Program-made: the position numbers and the translations under genes
The notes under the pieces: generated by a model
Told to the model about the DNA's origin: nothing
The model's database searches: none
The model's input: only the letters and a program-made list of their open reading frames with translations
Assembly (NCBI RefSeq): GCF_964355755.1
Contig: NC_092671.1
Coordinates: 33,986,304-34,050,303, forward strand
Source of the DNA: Antedon mediterranea
Lineage: Eukaryota > Animalia > Echinodermata
Direction: 5' to 3'
Length of the DNA: 64,000 bases
Part shown: piece by piece, positions 13,196 through 26,900 of the stretch
How positions within the stretch are numbered: the first letter of the stretch is position 1
Layout of the letters: each line of letters begins with the position of its first letter

Positions 13196-14612
13196 ATTCT
13201 TTCCTTAGCACTATTTTGTCCGTGAATTATCTTGATATCAGTTTCATCTGTCTAAGTCAATTTTTCAGAGTATATTCCTTATGGCCAGGAATCGATGTGG
13301 TTATATTTTCACGATGCGCAATTAAAAATTACGCGGTCTACGCGCGATTTTACGAAATCACGTTTGTAATCATATCTTCACAAGCATGAATCACAATTAA
13401 ACAAAATTTGGTACTCATAAATTTCAGGTCATATTTCATCATATGGCAATACAATTACGTGCGTAGCGCATATAAGGCTTGCGTACGCGCGCTTAAAATG
13501 TTCAAAATTGTCAAAATTAATTTTCGATGAAATTAGAGTACGTTTCAAGCAATTTTAAGCGTTTAAAAAATTGCCAAGAGTGCGCAGATTTTTTCACGCG
13601 CACGGCGCGTTAAACGTTAATGCGCATTCTTTTTGCCCGATTTCTGTTTTACAATCTTTCTTTAATAATATCATCATATTTGATTCACGTTTCAACTCGG
13701 AATTGCGTTATACGAGCACGTCAAAAGTGACTGGCTACGCACGTATAAGTTAACAAAATGGTGAAAATATGCTAAATTTTAAAATTAATATATATCGTCA
13801 GAATGCAGGGGAACACCTATTTTTTATTTCATTTTCTTGAAGTGTATGTATCATATGTATGATTTATTATCAAATTAAGAGAACAAAAGTTGATTAAGTC
13901 ATCATTAATTGCATATTAAATTTTTAAAAAATAATTTCGACAATCAAACAAATTATGACATTTTCTTAGGCCAAAATAACAAACTTAACATTAACTTTCT
14001 TCCTTCCAAAGTTCATATATTAAAGTTAAAAGTATATAGTTTGACAGTGCATCATTTGTTTACATTTTAAAGATGTCATCATAGTAAAAAATTATAATTC
14101 ATTGCGGTATGTAATAATCTATTTGCACCAAACTGGTTACTGCATAGTAAATACACGGAGGAATTTTTCTACAACTTTTAGTCAGTGGTGTATGGCTCGA
14201 TGGTCTGTGCTCGTGTCTATGGCATTCAAGGTACCGAGATCGAGTCTCACCTTGTGAAACGAAATAAGATTTTTTTTTTTAATATCCGTATTGTTTGTTC
14301 AAATTTATTTCTTAGTGTATAGATTATACACATGATTTATAATGAAATCTAGATAAAAATTAACTTATGTCTTTATTATTATGTAACAACAAATGTGGTT
14401 TATGACATTATACGCATATGGATCTTTGATCGGATTGTGATACCGGCTATGGTGGTCGCGTTAGCAAGGCCAGGTCACGCCCTATCATATATTATAAATA
14501 ATTAAAGATTCTGAGAAAATCAATCAATCAATATATCTTTTAAAAATCAATTATCTTTATTTAAATCAATGCATATAACCTATAATTCGTCATAGTGACG
14601 AATTAAATCTAG
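13196..14612 (+). mobile_element. Family A body 5
   Basis: Same body, slightly more diverged, same terminus. Confidence 0.9.
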
Positions 14613-14623
14613 TTTATTTATTT

Positions 14624-16034
14624 ATTCTTTCCTTAGCACTATTTTGTCCGTGAATTATCTTGATATCAGTTTCATCTATCTAAGTCAATTTTTCAGAGTA
14701 TATTCCTTATGGCCAGGAATCGATGTGGTTATATTTTCACGATGCGTAATCAAAAATTACGCGGTCTACGCGCGATTTTACGAAATCACGTTTGTAATCA
14801 TATCTTCACAAGCATGAATCACAATTAAACAAAATTTGGTACTCATAAATTTCAGGTCATATTTCATCATATGGCAATACAATTACGTGCGTAGCGCATA
14901 TAACGCTTGCGTACGCGCACTTAAAATGTTCAAAATTGTCAAAATTTATTTTCGATGAAATTAGAGTACGTTTCAGGCAATTTTAAGCGTTTAAAAAATT
15001 GCCATGAGTGCGCAGATTTTTGCACGCGCACTGCGCGTTATACGTTAATCCGCACTCTTTTTGTCCGATTTCGGTTGTACAACCTTTCTTTAATAATATC
15101 ATCATATTTTATTCACTTTTCAACGCGTAATTGCCTTATACGAGCACGTCAAAAGTGACAGGCTACGCACGTGTAAGTTAACAAAATGGTGAAAATATGC
15201 TAAATTTTAAAATTAATATAGATCGTCAGAATGCTCGGGAACACATATTTTTTATTTAATTTTCTTGAAGTGTATGTATCTTATGTATGATTTATTATTA
15301 AACTAAGAGAACAAAAGTTGATTAAGCCATAATTAATTGCATATTAAATTAAAAAAAATTCATTTCGACAATCAAACAAATTATGACATTTTCTTAGGCA
15401 AAAATAACAAACTTAACATTAACTTTCTTCCTTCAAAAGTTCATATATTAAAGTTAAAAGTATATAGTTTGACAGTGCATCATTTTTGTACATTTTTAGA
15501 GATGTCATCATAGTAAAAAATTATAATTCATTGCGGTATGTAATAATCTATCTGCACCAAAGTGGTTACTGCATAGTAAATACACGGAGGAATTTTTCTA
15601 CAAATTTTAGTCAGTTGTGTATGGCTCGGTGGTGTGTGCTCGTGTCTATGGCACTCAAGGTACCGAGATCGAGTCTCACCTTGGGAAACGAAATAATTTT
15701 TTTTTTTTATTATCCGTATTGTTTGTTCAAATTTATTTCTTAGTGTATATATTATACACATGATTTATAATGAAATCTAGATAAAAAATAACTTATGTCT
15801 TTATTATTATGTAACAGCAAATGTGGTTTATGACATTATACGCAGAGGGATCTTTGATCGGATTGTGATACCGGCTATTGTATTCGCGTTAGCAAGGTCC
15901 TATCATATATTATATATTATTTAAAGAATCTGAGAAAATCAATGAATCAAAATATCTTTTAAAAATCAATTATCTTTATTTTAATTATCAATGCATATAA
16001 CCTATAATTCGTCATAGTGACGAATTAAATCTAG
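14624..16034 (+). mobile_element. Family A body 6
   Basis: Same body and terminus; subtype matches body 3. Confidence 0.9.
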
Positions 16035-16041
16035 TTTATTT

Positions 16042-17443
16042 ATTCTTTCCTTAGCACTATTTGTCCGTGAATTATCTTGGCATCAGTTTCATCTATCTAA
16101 GTCAATTTTTCAGAGTATATTCCTTATGGCCAGGAATCGACGTGGTTATGTTTTCACGATGCGCAATCAAAAATTACGCGGTCTACGCGCGATTTAACGA
16201 AATCACGTTTGTAATCATATCTTCACAAACATGAATCACTTTTAAACAAAATTTGGTACTCATAAATTTCAGGTCATATTTCATCATATGGCAATACAAT
16301 TACGTGCGTAGCGCATATAACGCATGCGTACGCGCGCTTAAAATGTTGAAAATTGTCAGAATTTATTTTCGATGAAATTAGAGTACGTTTCAGGCAATTT
16401 TAAGCGTTTAAAAAATTGCCGTGAGTGCGCAGATTTTTGCACGCGCACTGCGCGTCAAACGTTAATGCGCACTGTTTGTGTCCGATTACTGTTGTATAAC
16501 CTTTCTTTAATAATATCATCATATTTTATTCACTTTTCAACGCGAAACAGCGTTATACGAGCACGTCAAAAGTGACGGGCTACGCACGTGTAAGTTAACA
16601 AAATGGTGAAAATATGCTAAATTTTAAAATTAATATACATCGTTAGAATGCTCGGGAACACCTATTTTTTATTTAATTTTCTTGAAGTGTATGTATCATA
16701 TGTATGATTTATTATGAAATTAGAAGAACAAAAGTTGATTAAGTCATCATTAATGGCATATTAAATTTAACAAAATTAATTTCGACAATCAAACAAATTA
16801 TAACATTTTCTTAGGCCAAAATAACAAACTTAACGTTAACTTTCTTCCTTAAGAAGTTCATATATTAAAGTTAAAAGTATATAGTTTGACAGTGCATCAT
16901 TTTTTTAAAATTTTAAAGATGTCATCATAGTAAAACATTATAATTCATTGCGGTATGTAATAATCTATCTGCACCAAAGTGGTTACTGCATAGTAAATAC
17001 ACGGAGGAATTTTTCTCCAACTTTTAGTCAGTTGTGTATGGCTCGATGGTCTGTGCTCGTGTCAATGGCATTCAAGGTACCGAGTTCGAGTCTCACCTTG
17101 GGAAACGAAATAAGATTTTTTTTTATTATCCGTATTGTTCAAATTTATTTCTTAGTGTATAGATTATACACATGATTTATAATGAAATCTAGATAAAAAG
17201 TTACTTTATGTCTTTATTATTATGTAACAACAAATGCGGTTTATGACATTATACGCAGAGGGATCTTTGATCGGATTGTGATACCGGCTATGGTGTTCGC
17301 GTTAGCAAGGTCCTATCATATATTATAAATAATTAAAGATTCTGAGAAAATCAATCAATCAATATATCTTTTAAAAATCAATTATCTTTATTTAAATCAA
17401 TGCATATAACCTATAATTCGTCATAGTGACGAATTAAATCTAG
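16042..17443 (+). mobile_element. Family A body 7
   Basis: Same body and terminus; 5' half like body 1, 3' half like bodies 2/4. Confidence 0.9.
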
Positions 17444-18873
17444 TTGGTTATCCGCCTCAAGCGGATAACCTTTGTTATTGTAGTGTTTCTTTTTTTTTTT
17501 TATTGGTTATCCGCCTCAAGCGGATAAGCCCTTGGAATTGTAGTGTTTCTTTTTTTTTTTTTTGGTTATCCGCCTCAAGCGGATAAGCCCTTGGAATTGT
17601 AGTGTTACTTTTTTTTTATTATTCTTCTCTATTTCCGCCGATTTTTGTGTTCAGCTTTTCTCTGCAACCTGTTAACATAACATGTTGTAACTTGGTAAAC
17701 ATTTAGACATTTAGCTGAAGATGTGCAGCCAAGCTTTTGGACGCTGGCAGAACCGCGTAGCGTAAGTCACGCGCCATTTTCAGAAAATCCTAAGTTGATC
17801 ATAACTTCGAAACAGATGAATATTTTTTAACGTAAATTTCAGCCATGTTTGCTTCACATCAATTGCTAACTTTTTTATCGCTACCGAGATTTGTAACATT
17901 GGAAAGTGCGCGAGTAAACGGCGTTTGAAATTTTAAAATGCTCTAAATCAATTTCTGATTAAATTAGAGCACGATTCAGGTCATTTTAAGCGTTTGAAAA
18001 ATTGCCACCAGGTGCGCACATTTTTACGCGCGCACGGCGCAGGAAACACGCATGAGCATTTCTTTTGCACGATTTGTGTTTTTCAATCTTCGGTTAACAA
18101 TTTTACGTTATTTTATTCACTTTTCAACTTCAAATGGCGTTCTACGAGCACGTTAAACATGACTGGTTGCGCACGTAAAATGTTAAAAAATTGTGAAAAT
18201 GTTGCAAAATATGTATACTTTTAAAAACGATACAGTTCATCAGAATGCAAGGTTACCCCTATTTTTTATTTTATTTTCTTGCAGTGTATGAATCATAGGT
18301 CTGATTTATTATAGTGTTGAATGTTAAAACGTGTTTGATGGCTACATTATTTGCATATTAAATATAATTTTTGAAATTTTTATCATTAAACAAACAATAA
18401 CATTTTCAAAGAGGAAAACAATAAACATAACGTTTATCTTTTTTCTTCACATGTTAATATATAAAACTTTCAAGTGTGCACTTTCATAATATGTCACTGT
18501 TTAAAATTTGTTAAGATTTCATCATAGTGAAAATTATGATTTAGTTTGGTAAGTAATAATCTATTTGCATCGAGTGGTTCACGACATACCGAATGGACGA
18601 GTTAACTTTCTTCGGATTCTCTTCAGCAGGTGCTCATATGGCTCGATGTGTAGTGCCATCGACTTTGGTATCAGAGCTACCGGGATCGAATCCCGTCAAG
18701 GGAAAACAATTAAATAAAAGGATTTATTTGGTTATTACAATGAAAGGGCAGTTTTAATTTCGAATAGGCTACTTTTTGGAAAAGTCATATTGAAAGGTAC
18801 TTGAATGCGCAAGATACGTTTTGTTACGGGCGGATAACCAAACTCGTCCTCAAGTGACGAGTTACAGATCTAG
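17444..18873 (+). mobile_element. Three stacked family B heads (17444, 17503, 17562) followed by one family B body
   Basis: Three copies of ttGGTTATCCGCCTCAAGCGGATAA...gtagtgtt + poly-T. The body ends GGCGGATAACC..GACGAGTTacagatCTAG at 18873. Confidence 0.9.
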
Positions 18874-20075
18874 TTAGGCTATCGCTCTCTGTAGAGCGAT
18901 AGCCTATTGTTATTGTCACAAATTTCATTTTTTCTGCTCAATTTTTGTGCGCAGCAGATCTCAAAAACGGCGGTAGCAGTTATGTTGTAACTTGGCCAGC
19001 AGATGCACGTATATATGTAGTTGTGCAACAAACTTTGGTTTAATGAAAATATGGTCGCGTAGCGTAACTACGCGCGATTTTCTGAAATTCTTAGATTGAC
19101 TATAACTTGAAAACCAATAGCTATTTTTAAATACCACTTGACACACGCATACTTCATGTCAAGGGTCATCTTCCTGTATCATCAGCAAAATTTTGAACAT
19201 TGGTCAAATCGCGCGTACGCGCGCTTTGAAAGTTAAAAATGCTCAAAATCAATTTCTAATCAACTTTCTACACGTTTCAGGACATTTTAAGCATTTCACA
19301 TTTTTCAAAAAAATTTGCGTTGCGCGCGCGCTATTGCGCACTTCGCTCGTACGCAGCCTAGAAAGCCCGTTTTTGCGCTTGATTATTGTTTTTCATAGTT
19401 TTATGATATATTTCTTTCATATTTGATGAATTATGAATGCAAAATAATGACACACGTGCACGTCAAACTTTAAAAATCGTGCGCTTGAAAATTGGTAATT
19501 TTATGCAAATTTGTGTAAAAATATGCCTATTTTGAATCGATTATAGCTCTCCGGGATGTCTGGTGACCCCCAATTTTTTTAACCTAATATGTAAGCAGAT
19601 ATATTGTAGATATGTATTCATGCAAAATTTTTACCTCTGGGAAGTTGTGACGTCATCGTATGGCCACACAAATGTAAAATATAGAGATTTTGTCTCTTTC
19701 GACACAGTTTGTCACATTCAATAGAGCGCATACCGCGTAAACGTTATCAATTTTCTTCCAATTTTCAGTATTTTATTACTAAAATAATTCCTTTTTAGAC
19801 TTATGAACTTTTTTTTTTAATTTGAAAAGGTCATCATTTTCAAACAATTGAATAAACGTGAGTGGTGTAAAATAAAAAATAACCGTCAACTAAACCGTTT
19901 ACAATGCTAATACCGTCAACTGTTGACACTTATTAAACGATTTTGATGTATTCCAGCTGTTCTTTACAATCGTTGTAGTGCAGCCTATAGTAGACTAAGC
20001 ATAATAAATAACATGTGCGTGTTACGATGCGTTGGGCGATAGCCTAACTCGTCAACGTGACGAGTTCAAATCTAG
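18874..20075 (+). mobile_element. Complete HINE family C element (~1.2 kb)
   Basis: Head TAGGCTATCGCTCT-ctgt-AGAGCGATAGCCTA. Tail GCGATAGCCTA, then ACTCGTCA-acg-TGACGAGT, then tcaaatCTAG. Confidence 0.9.
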
Positions 20076-20119
20076 TTGGTTATCCGCACTTGGCGGATAA
20101 CCCCTTGTTATTGTCAGGA

Positions 20120-20150
<31 letters not shown>

Positions 20151-21293
20151 CTATGTTATTCTTCTTTCTTTCCCTGAATTTTGTTCGCAGCGTATCTCTA
20201 TCTTCTGGCCAACATAAGATTGTATAATTTTGTCATAAGATTAACCTATAGCTGTAGATGTGCAGCCAAGCTTTTGGACGATTTTGGAGTTGCGCAGCGT
20301 AAGTTACGCATGATTTTGTGAATTTCAATGATTGATCATAGAATAAAAATTAAAACTCATTTTGTATTGAAACTTGGCGAAAATTTAAGTCATATCATGC
20401 GCAAACTTTCTATGGATTAAAAATAGCATGTTTCACAGGAAATTACGCGCGCACGCGCATTTAAAATTTAAAAATGCGAAAATTCTAATTCTAATCAACT
20501 TTCTACGCGTTTCAGGTCATTTTGAGCATTTCAAAAATTCCCATGCGTGCGCAATTTTTTACGCGCGCGTGCGCACGTAGCGCAACAACCATTTTTTTTG
20601 GCTGGATTTTTGTTTTTCCAGCTTTTTCTAGTAACTTTACAAATTTTTATACAATATCGACTTAATATCACGTCATACGAGCACGTAGAATTTGACAATT
20701 TGCGCACATTTAAAAAAAAAAGTTCAGAAATTCTTCAAAATTATGCATTTTTTTAAACAGTCATAAATTCTAAATTACGTGGTGAACTTTTTTTAAATTA
20801 CATATTCTGGAAGTAGATGAGTTGTATTTATCGAATCATGCATTAATATGGCTAACCGAACATTATGACGTCATCATATGGCCACTCGAATATAAAATAT
20901 AGGATTTTTTTCTCTTTCGTCATAGCTCGTCACATTTAATAGAGCGCATCTCTACTATCCGTATTCCATTTCCCTAAATTTTGTTATATTGTCTAGGTCA
21001 ATCAATTATCTTTCACATGGTTAACAATTTTTAAGATTGGTATAACGTCATCATTTGCAAAAAGCGTCAATAACTTTGGTCACTTATTTTCACCTTTTCT
21101 GCACTGTATGTAGTACGTATACAGTATATAGCGTATACCGTATATACTTAGACGTGACACAAAATAGAGGGCGCACTAACATTTTTTTCAATGGCATAAT
21201 GGTTTTTCTGTGCGCAATATCCTAACGTATGATGTGCACGTAGCGTTTACGCGGTGGATAACCTAACTCGTCAATAGTGAGGAATTCAAATCT
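20076..21293 (+). mobile_element. Family D head plus a body with a degenerate 3' terminus
   Basis: Head GGTTATCCGC-acttg-GCGGATAACC + poly-T. The tail is mutated (gtggataacc, gtgaggaattc) and lacks the AG of CTAG. Confidence 0.85.
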
Positions 21294-22689
21294 TTTTTTT
21301 CTATATTCTTCTTTCTTTCCACGAATTTTGTTCACAGCGTATCTCTAATTCTGGTCAACATAAGATTGTATAAATTTGTCATAAGATTGACGAGCTGATA
21401 CATTTTAGATATAGATTCATATTCATATTTGTCTATCTGATGTCTTTACGTCTTCATATGGCCAGTTGAATTCAAAAAGTAGGATTTTCATTTCTCGTAA
21501 AAGTTTGTCGTGTTTAAAAAAAAACGCGCATGTTAATTTTACGTGGCTAAAATTCTTTACCTCTTTAGAATGTAATTATTTAGATAATTATTTAGATAAC
21601 TATGCTTTTAAATTGTTATCTTCATGTTTCATTTTTATGACGTCATCATTTAAAAAATGTGAATAAAATATGGGTCTCGTAATTGTTTCAGCTTCACTGT
21701 ATATAAGTATATACTAGACGTATGACACAAAATAGACACAATTCAGTAAAAGTTCATCGGTTTTAAATGACCGCGCCTCTCACTTTTACGTGCCTGAATT
21801 TCCTCAAAATGTTGCTGCTCAGACAAAATTTTTCTATTGGATGCTGTGAGGTCATTCTATGGGTCATGCTATGAGATGATGCTATGGCCAGTAATTGGAA
21901 AGGTATTTGGAAAGGTAGGATTTTCATGTTTTTTTGTCATAATTCATCACTTCAACATATTGCGTATCTCAGTCGTAGTGGCAAATTTTCTTTTTAAATT
22001 AAATTTATTATGTTCTCGTTGAGATGAACTACTTTTCGAAAATGGACATGCCTTTATGTTTTTTTTATAACATCAAACAATATTGTTCCCGTGATTTCAG
22101 CTCTGCTATACACCATAATGTACTCTACAGTACAACCAGTTACAGAATTATGTTTGAACAATTTATTGCCTCCTCTGCTCTGTGTTTTGATCTAATGGAG
22201 TTTCAATTACAGTGAAACTTGCTCCAATAGATATAATAGTTCTAATAAAACTAATATCATCACACCTTATCTGTTAAAAATAATCTTTTATTTTAAACAA
22301 ATAATAAGTATAAAATGTATGCATTTATAAAACCTTTCATTGGTTATTGCAAATTGTACAAAATTTTCAAAATTATAGTAGGCCGTTTATACTATACAGT
22401 AGTTTATTGGGTGATCAGTAATTTTACTTCGTATATTATATACATGTTAATTTGTCAGTTGTGGATTCATTAAACGTATATTTATTAATCTATTTATTAA
22501 TCTATTTATAGAAGATTCTTATTTTTTAACAATCATTAATATAATTAATAATTTAATCATTTGCCGCGTTTAGACCTAGAATTACTATAAAAGAGCGAAT
22601 GGCTGCATTAATGACTGCCTAAACATCCGGATCCTATTATAATTGAAGAGATGAAACCATTCTATTGAACATCTAAAAACCAAAACAAA

Positions 22690-23860
22690 ATAACTTGATT
22701 ATTCTTGCAAATGAGTAAAAATTACTATGAATCTGGATAGATAGAAAATATAAAATAAAAAACAACTATGCAACTGAAATTATGTATATACCTAATGAAG
22801 TATTGGTAATCGTATATTAAATAAAACGTATTTTCTTCTTCTGTAAAATGTAACTTTTTATTTTTAACGTTACTTGAATACCGGTAAATATTGAAAGATT
22901 ATTATGTGCAGAGATTGCAACATTGCATATTAAAATTCAGAACAAAATTTATAATAATATAACTCACATAAAAACAAGATTAAAATGTGTTTACTCACCA
23001 GATATTGTTTCTCCTATACAGGAGAATGACATGCGTTGAAGTTACAGATTATTTGCTGGTCCTGTTGCATAAATAATGAACTGATTATTCTTCCAAATAA
23101 TTAAATTCCTGTATTAGTAATTTCATGTGAACATGGATAGATAGAAAAACAATATAAAAAACAATTATACAACTGAAATTATGTATAGACCTAATGAAGT
23201 ATTGGTAATCGTAAAAAACAACACGTATTTTTTTCTTTTGTAAAATGCAACTTTTTTATTTTTAACATTACTAGAATACCGGTAGATATTGAAAGATTAT
23301 TATGTGCACAGATTGCATATTGAAATTCAGAACAATATCTATAATAATATAACTCACATAAAAACAAGATTGAAATGTGTTTACTCACCAGATATTGTTT
23401 GTCCTATATAGGACAATGACATGGGTTGAAGTTACAGATTATTCGCTGCCCCTCTTGTATAGATAATAAATTGATTATTCTTTCAAATGAGTAAATTACT
23501 GTATTAGTAATTTCATGTGGACCTGGAAAGATAAAAAAATATAATAAAAAAAAAACAATTATACAACTGAAATTATGTATAGACCTAAAGAAATATTGAA
23601 ATCATATAAAACAAAATGTATTTTCTTCTTCTGTGAAATGTAACTTTTTATTTTTAATATTACTTGAATACTGGTAGATATTGAACGATTATTATGTGCA
23701 CAGATTGCAACATTGCATATTCAAATTCAGAACAATATCTATAATAATATAACTCACATAAAAACAAGATTGAAATGTGTTTAGACATCAGATATTGTTT
23801 TTCCTATACAGGAGAATGACATGGGTTGAAGTTACAGATTACTCCCTGCCCCTTGTGCAA
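22690..23860. repeat. ~400-bp tandem repeat, 3 copies, downstream of the RepHel stop
   Basis: The block caactgaaattatgtata...cagatattgttt..cctata..gga.aatgacatg.gttgaagttacagatt recurs in units starting ~22740, ~23140 and ~23530. Confidence 0.8.
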
Positions 23861-23990
23861 AGAGAGTCATAATGATTTTCAGCTTGTTTTTATCAAATTG
23901 TTTTTTTTTTATTTGTATCCAGTTCTATTATCAATTCTTAAAAAGTTTTTACAGAAATATAATTCAAATACTTAAAAACCATTGCTCCAA

Positions 23991-26900
23991 TTAAAATTTA
24001 ATTTGAATGGCTTCATGATAACTATAATAAATTGGAATTACTTCAGCCTGTACTGAATCAAGACCTTTGCTATAAACATGATCAATCAATGTATTGTTTT
24101 CAGTGGTGGAACATGTAACATGTTGTCGGTATTCATTCTCTGACATTAAATTATTCACTCTGGAAGACTGTTTGAAAAGATTTTCGTTAAAGTCACCCAT
24201 TACAATACATTTTGTACTCACTTTTTGTAACTCTTCCAAATATTTTCTCAAATTTTGACAGAATTGATTAATATCATAGCTTGGGGGTCGATAAATTACT
24301 GACACGGAAACTGAAATTGGACTTGTTATTAAAAATGATACTGCTTCTATATCATAATTAGGTATGTTTAATCTGCTTGAAAACGTGTTTTTGGTATACA
24401 CTGCAACGCCGCCATGAGCCTGATTTTTCAATTTGGAACTCAGAACATTTCTATTAGAATACGAATCATACCTTGCTTGGTGATACAATTTATACGGCTC
24501 AATATTTACTTCAAAAACATCGTCATCTTTATTCAACCACGTTTCAGTCAGACATATGATAGTAGAATTCATAAACAAATCATTGCACTGAAGATCAGCA
24601 AAATGTTGTTTAAGTCCTTGAATGTTATGTAACATTATTGAAAATTTAGAATCCGAATCATGACCTTGTTTTTCACATTGTACATATGAATCCATATTAT
24701 TTAAGCATTTCTTTATGTTTGGATCACAATAAATCAGATTATGATTAAGATGTTCAATAGTAAGTCCAGATATTGAAGTAACACGACTGAGGGCTACGTA
24801 TGCTTGTCCAGGTGCAAAAGTATTTTTAAGGCAAACTACTGCTTCATTCATTGTCAATCCTTGGACTTTATGAACTGTGCATGCATATGCTAATTTGAGA
24901 GGAAATTGTTTTCGACTATATTTATTCCCCATAGATTCTTTAAACATTTCAATTGCCTGAACACCGATGTCATTATTATCAAACTTTACTTTAATAGATA
25001 CTGGTTTGGCGTTATTATTGGGTTTGACTATTTCATATACATGTCCCATACATCCATTCGTTAAGCCTTTTTTAACATCTACATTTTTAATCAACATCAC
25101 TCTGGCATTAAGTGCAATCCACAAATAATTTAGTAAACTAGTTTGACGTGAATTCCGAGGTTTTTCACAAATTTTGGTCTGTTTCTTGGCGTTTACTACA
25201 CTATCTTCTGCTTCTATGCATACAATGTCTGTACATATTTTGTGTAACATTTTTTTATTCCATTCATCAACTTGTTTGTTGCGTGGGTAAATATGAACAG
25301 CATCTTCACATTCTTCACCTGTTTCACGTGATTTTAAAACAAATAAATCGTTATCAGACAAACAATCATGTTTTTCTTTTGTACGCAATTTGTTTAACAA
25401 TAAAGCAAATTCTTTATCTTCTTTTTGCCTCATGATTTGGTCTAACTGTACTTGCTTAAAGTTATCTACCCACAGTGAGCTTTCCAATGTGTCTTTGTAT
25501 AACGAACTGCCCATAACCGGGGGTAACTGATAAAAATCACCAACAGCAATTACTGAAATGTTACCGAATGGACTATCGTTGCGTACTTGTTTTATTTGCC
25601 TTAATCGTCCGTGGATATACCAAAGTAACCTTTGATTTACCATTGATATTTCATCTATAATAACAATTTGCAACTGGCCCAATTTATTACGAAGTGCACT
25701 TATTTTTTCTTCTCCAAGTGGTTGATACGGAAGTGAAATATTAATCGGGATAGACAAAGCGCTATGAATTGTTTGGCCTTTAATATTATATGCTGCGATT
25801 CCTGTAGGAGCTAATTTCAATATTGACAAATCATCGGGATTTTCCATAATTTTTCCAAGAATACGTGTCGCTTCATTATAAATACAGTTTACCAAATGAC
25901 TTTTTCCTGTACCAGCGCCACCAGTTATGAAAGTGTAAAATGCTTCAGGTTTTTTACCATTAGCTTTGTCTAAACACCATTGTCTTGTCTTATAAAATAT
26001 ATGTTGTTGTTTTTCATTTAAAGATCGAATCATTTTGTTCAATTCTGGTCTTGGAATATTAGATGAATTAGACTCTACTTTAGATGTATGATTTTTTTGA
26101 ATTCCAAAATCTGGAATGAAAAATTCATCTTCTTCATCATCAACCTCTACATTTGGCTTTGGGTTGTCTAACCTTTCTTTTTCGCTTTCTGGACATAATA
26201 AACTCCATGCATCTTCTTGTGGTCCAAATTTTGATAAACATTCCTGTGCTTCTTCAACATCATCAGCACTTTTTTCATATTGTTCCATGTTTCCATGAAC
26301 TATTGACTTTACCGTTTGTAATTGACAGCCACATAATTTCACACATCCTTTCTCATGAAATTGTTCATACGTTTCAAAATTTGGAGGTTTTAACTGTTCA
26401 TCTTTTCGAAATGGTAGAAATAACTGAAGTATACTCAAAAAATATTTCTCAGGTGCTGTATCCATTGGAAATCGAGGGTATCTTACTATAGCATTACTAG
26501 TTCGTGTTCTTTTTTGGATGAATCCCAACTGTTTTTTTAACTGAAATACATTCTTTTTTTGTTTGTTTCCTTTCATTTCTGATGAACTCAATATTCTATA
26601 TTCCGAACAAAATTTTGCAAGGCACATTTTATTAAATTCAGAACTATTAGGTCGAGCTTTATATTTGTCGATCTTATTTGGCAACCATGCACTTACATCA
26701 TCATCTTCTTTGTTTTTAATTACACTTAGTGGTAAACTCATTCTGACAGGATTAGGTCCTACTGGGATAAATTCCACTTTCCTTGAACATTCTTTTAATC
26801 TTAAACTACAAACACGATAAATACTTTCTTGTGCAGACACTTCTCGATTATTCATATAAACATTACCAAGTTTTCGCAAACTTTGCCTAGCATCTTCATT

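Noticed and set aside
6261-17175. Recurrent 60-98 aa ORFs (MKLEYVSGNF..., MRYVIIYLHQ...)
   Set aside because: They recur only because the element is repeated, are broken in some copies and show no domain motifs.
23991-24645. Separate LINE retrotransposon suggested by the APE domain
   Set aside because: APE is fused in frame to the helicase and there is no reverse transcriptase; this is the Helentron hallmark.
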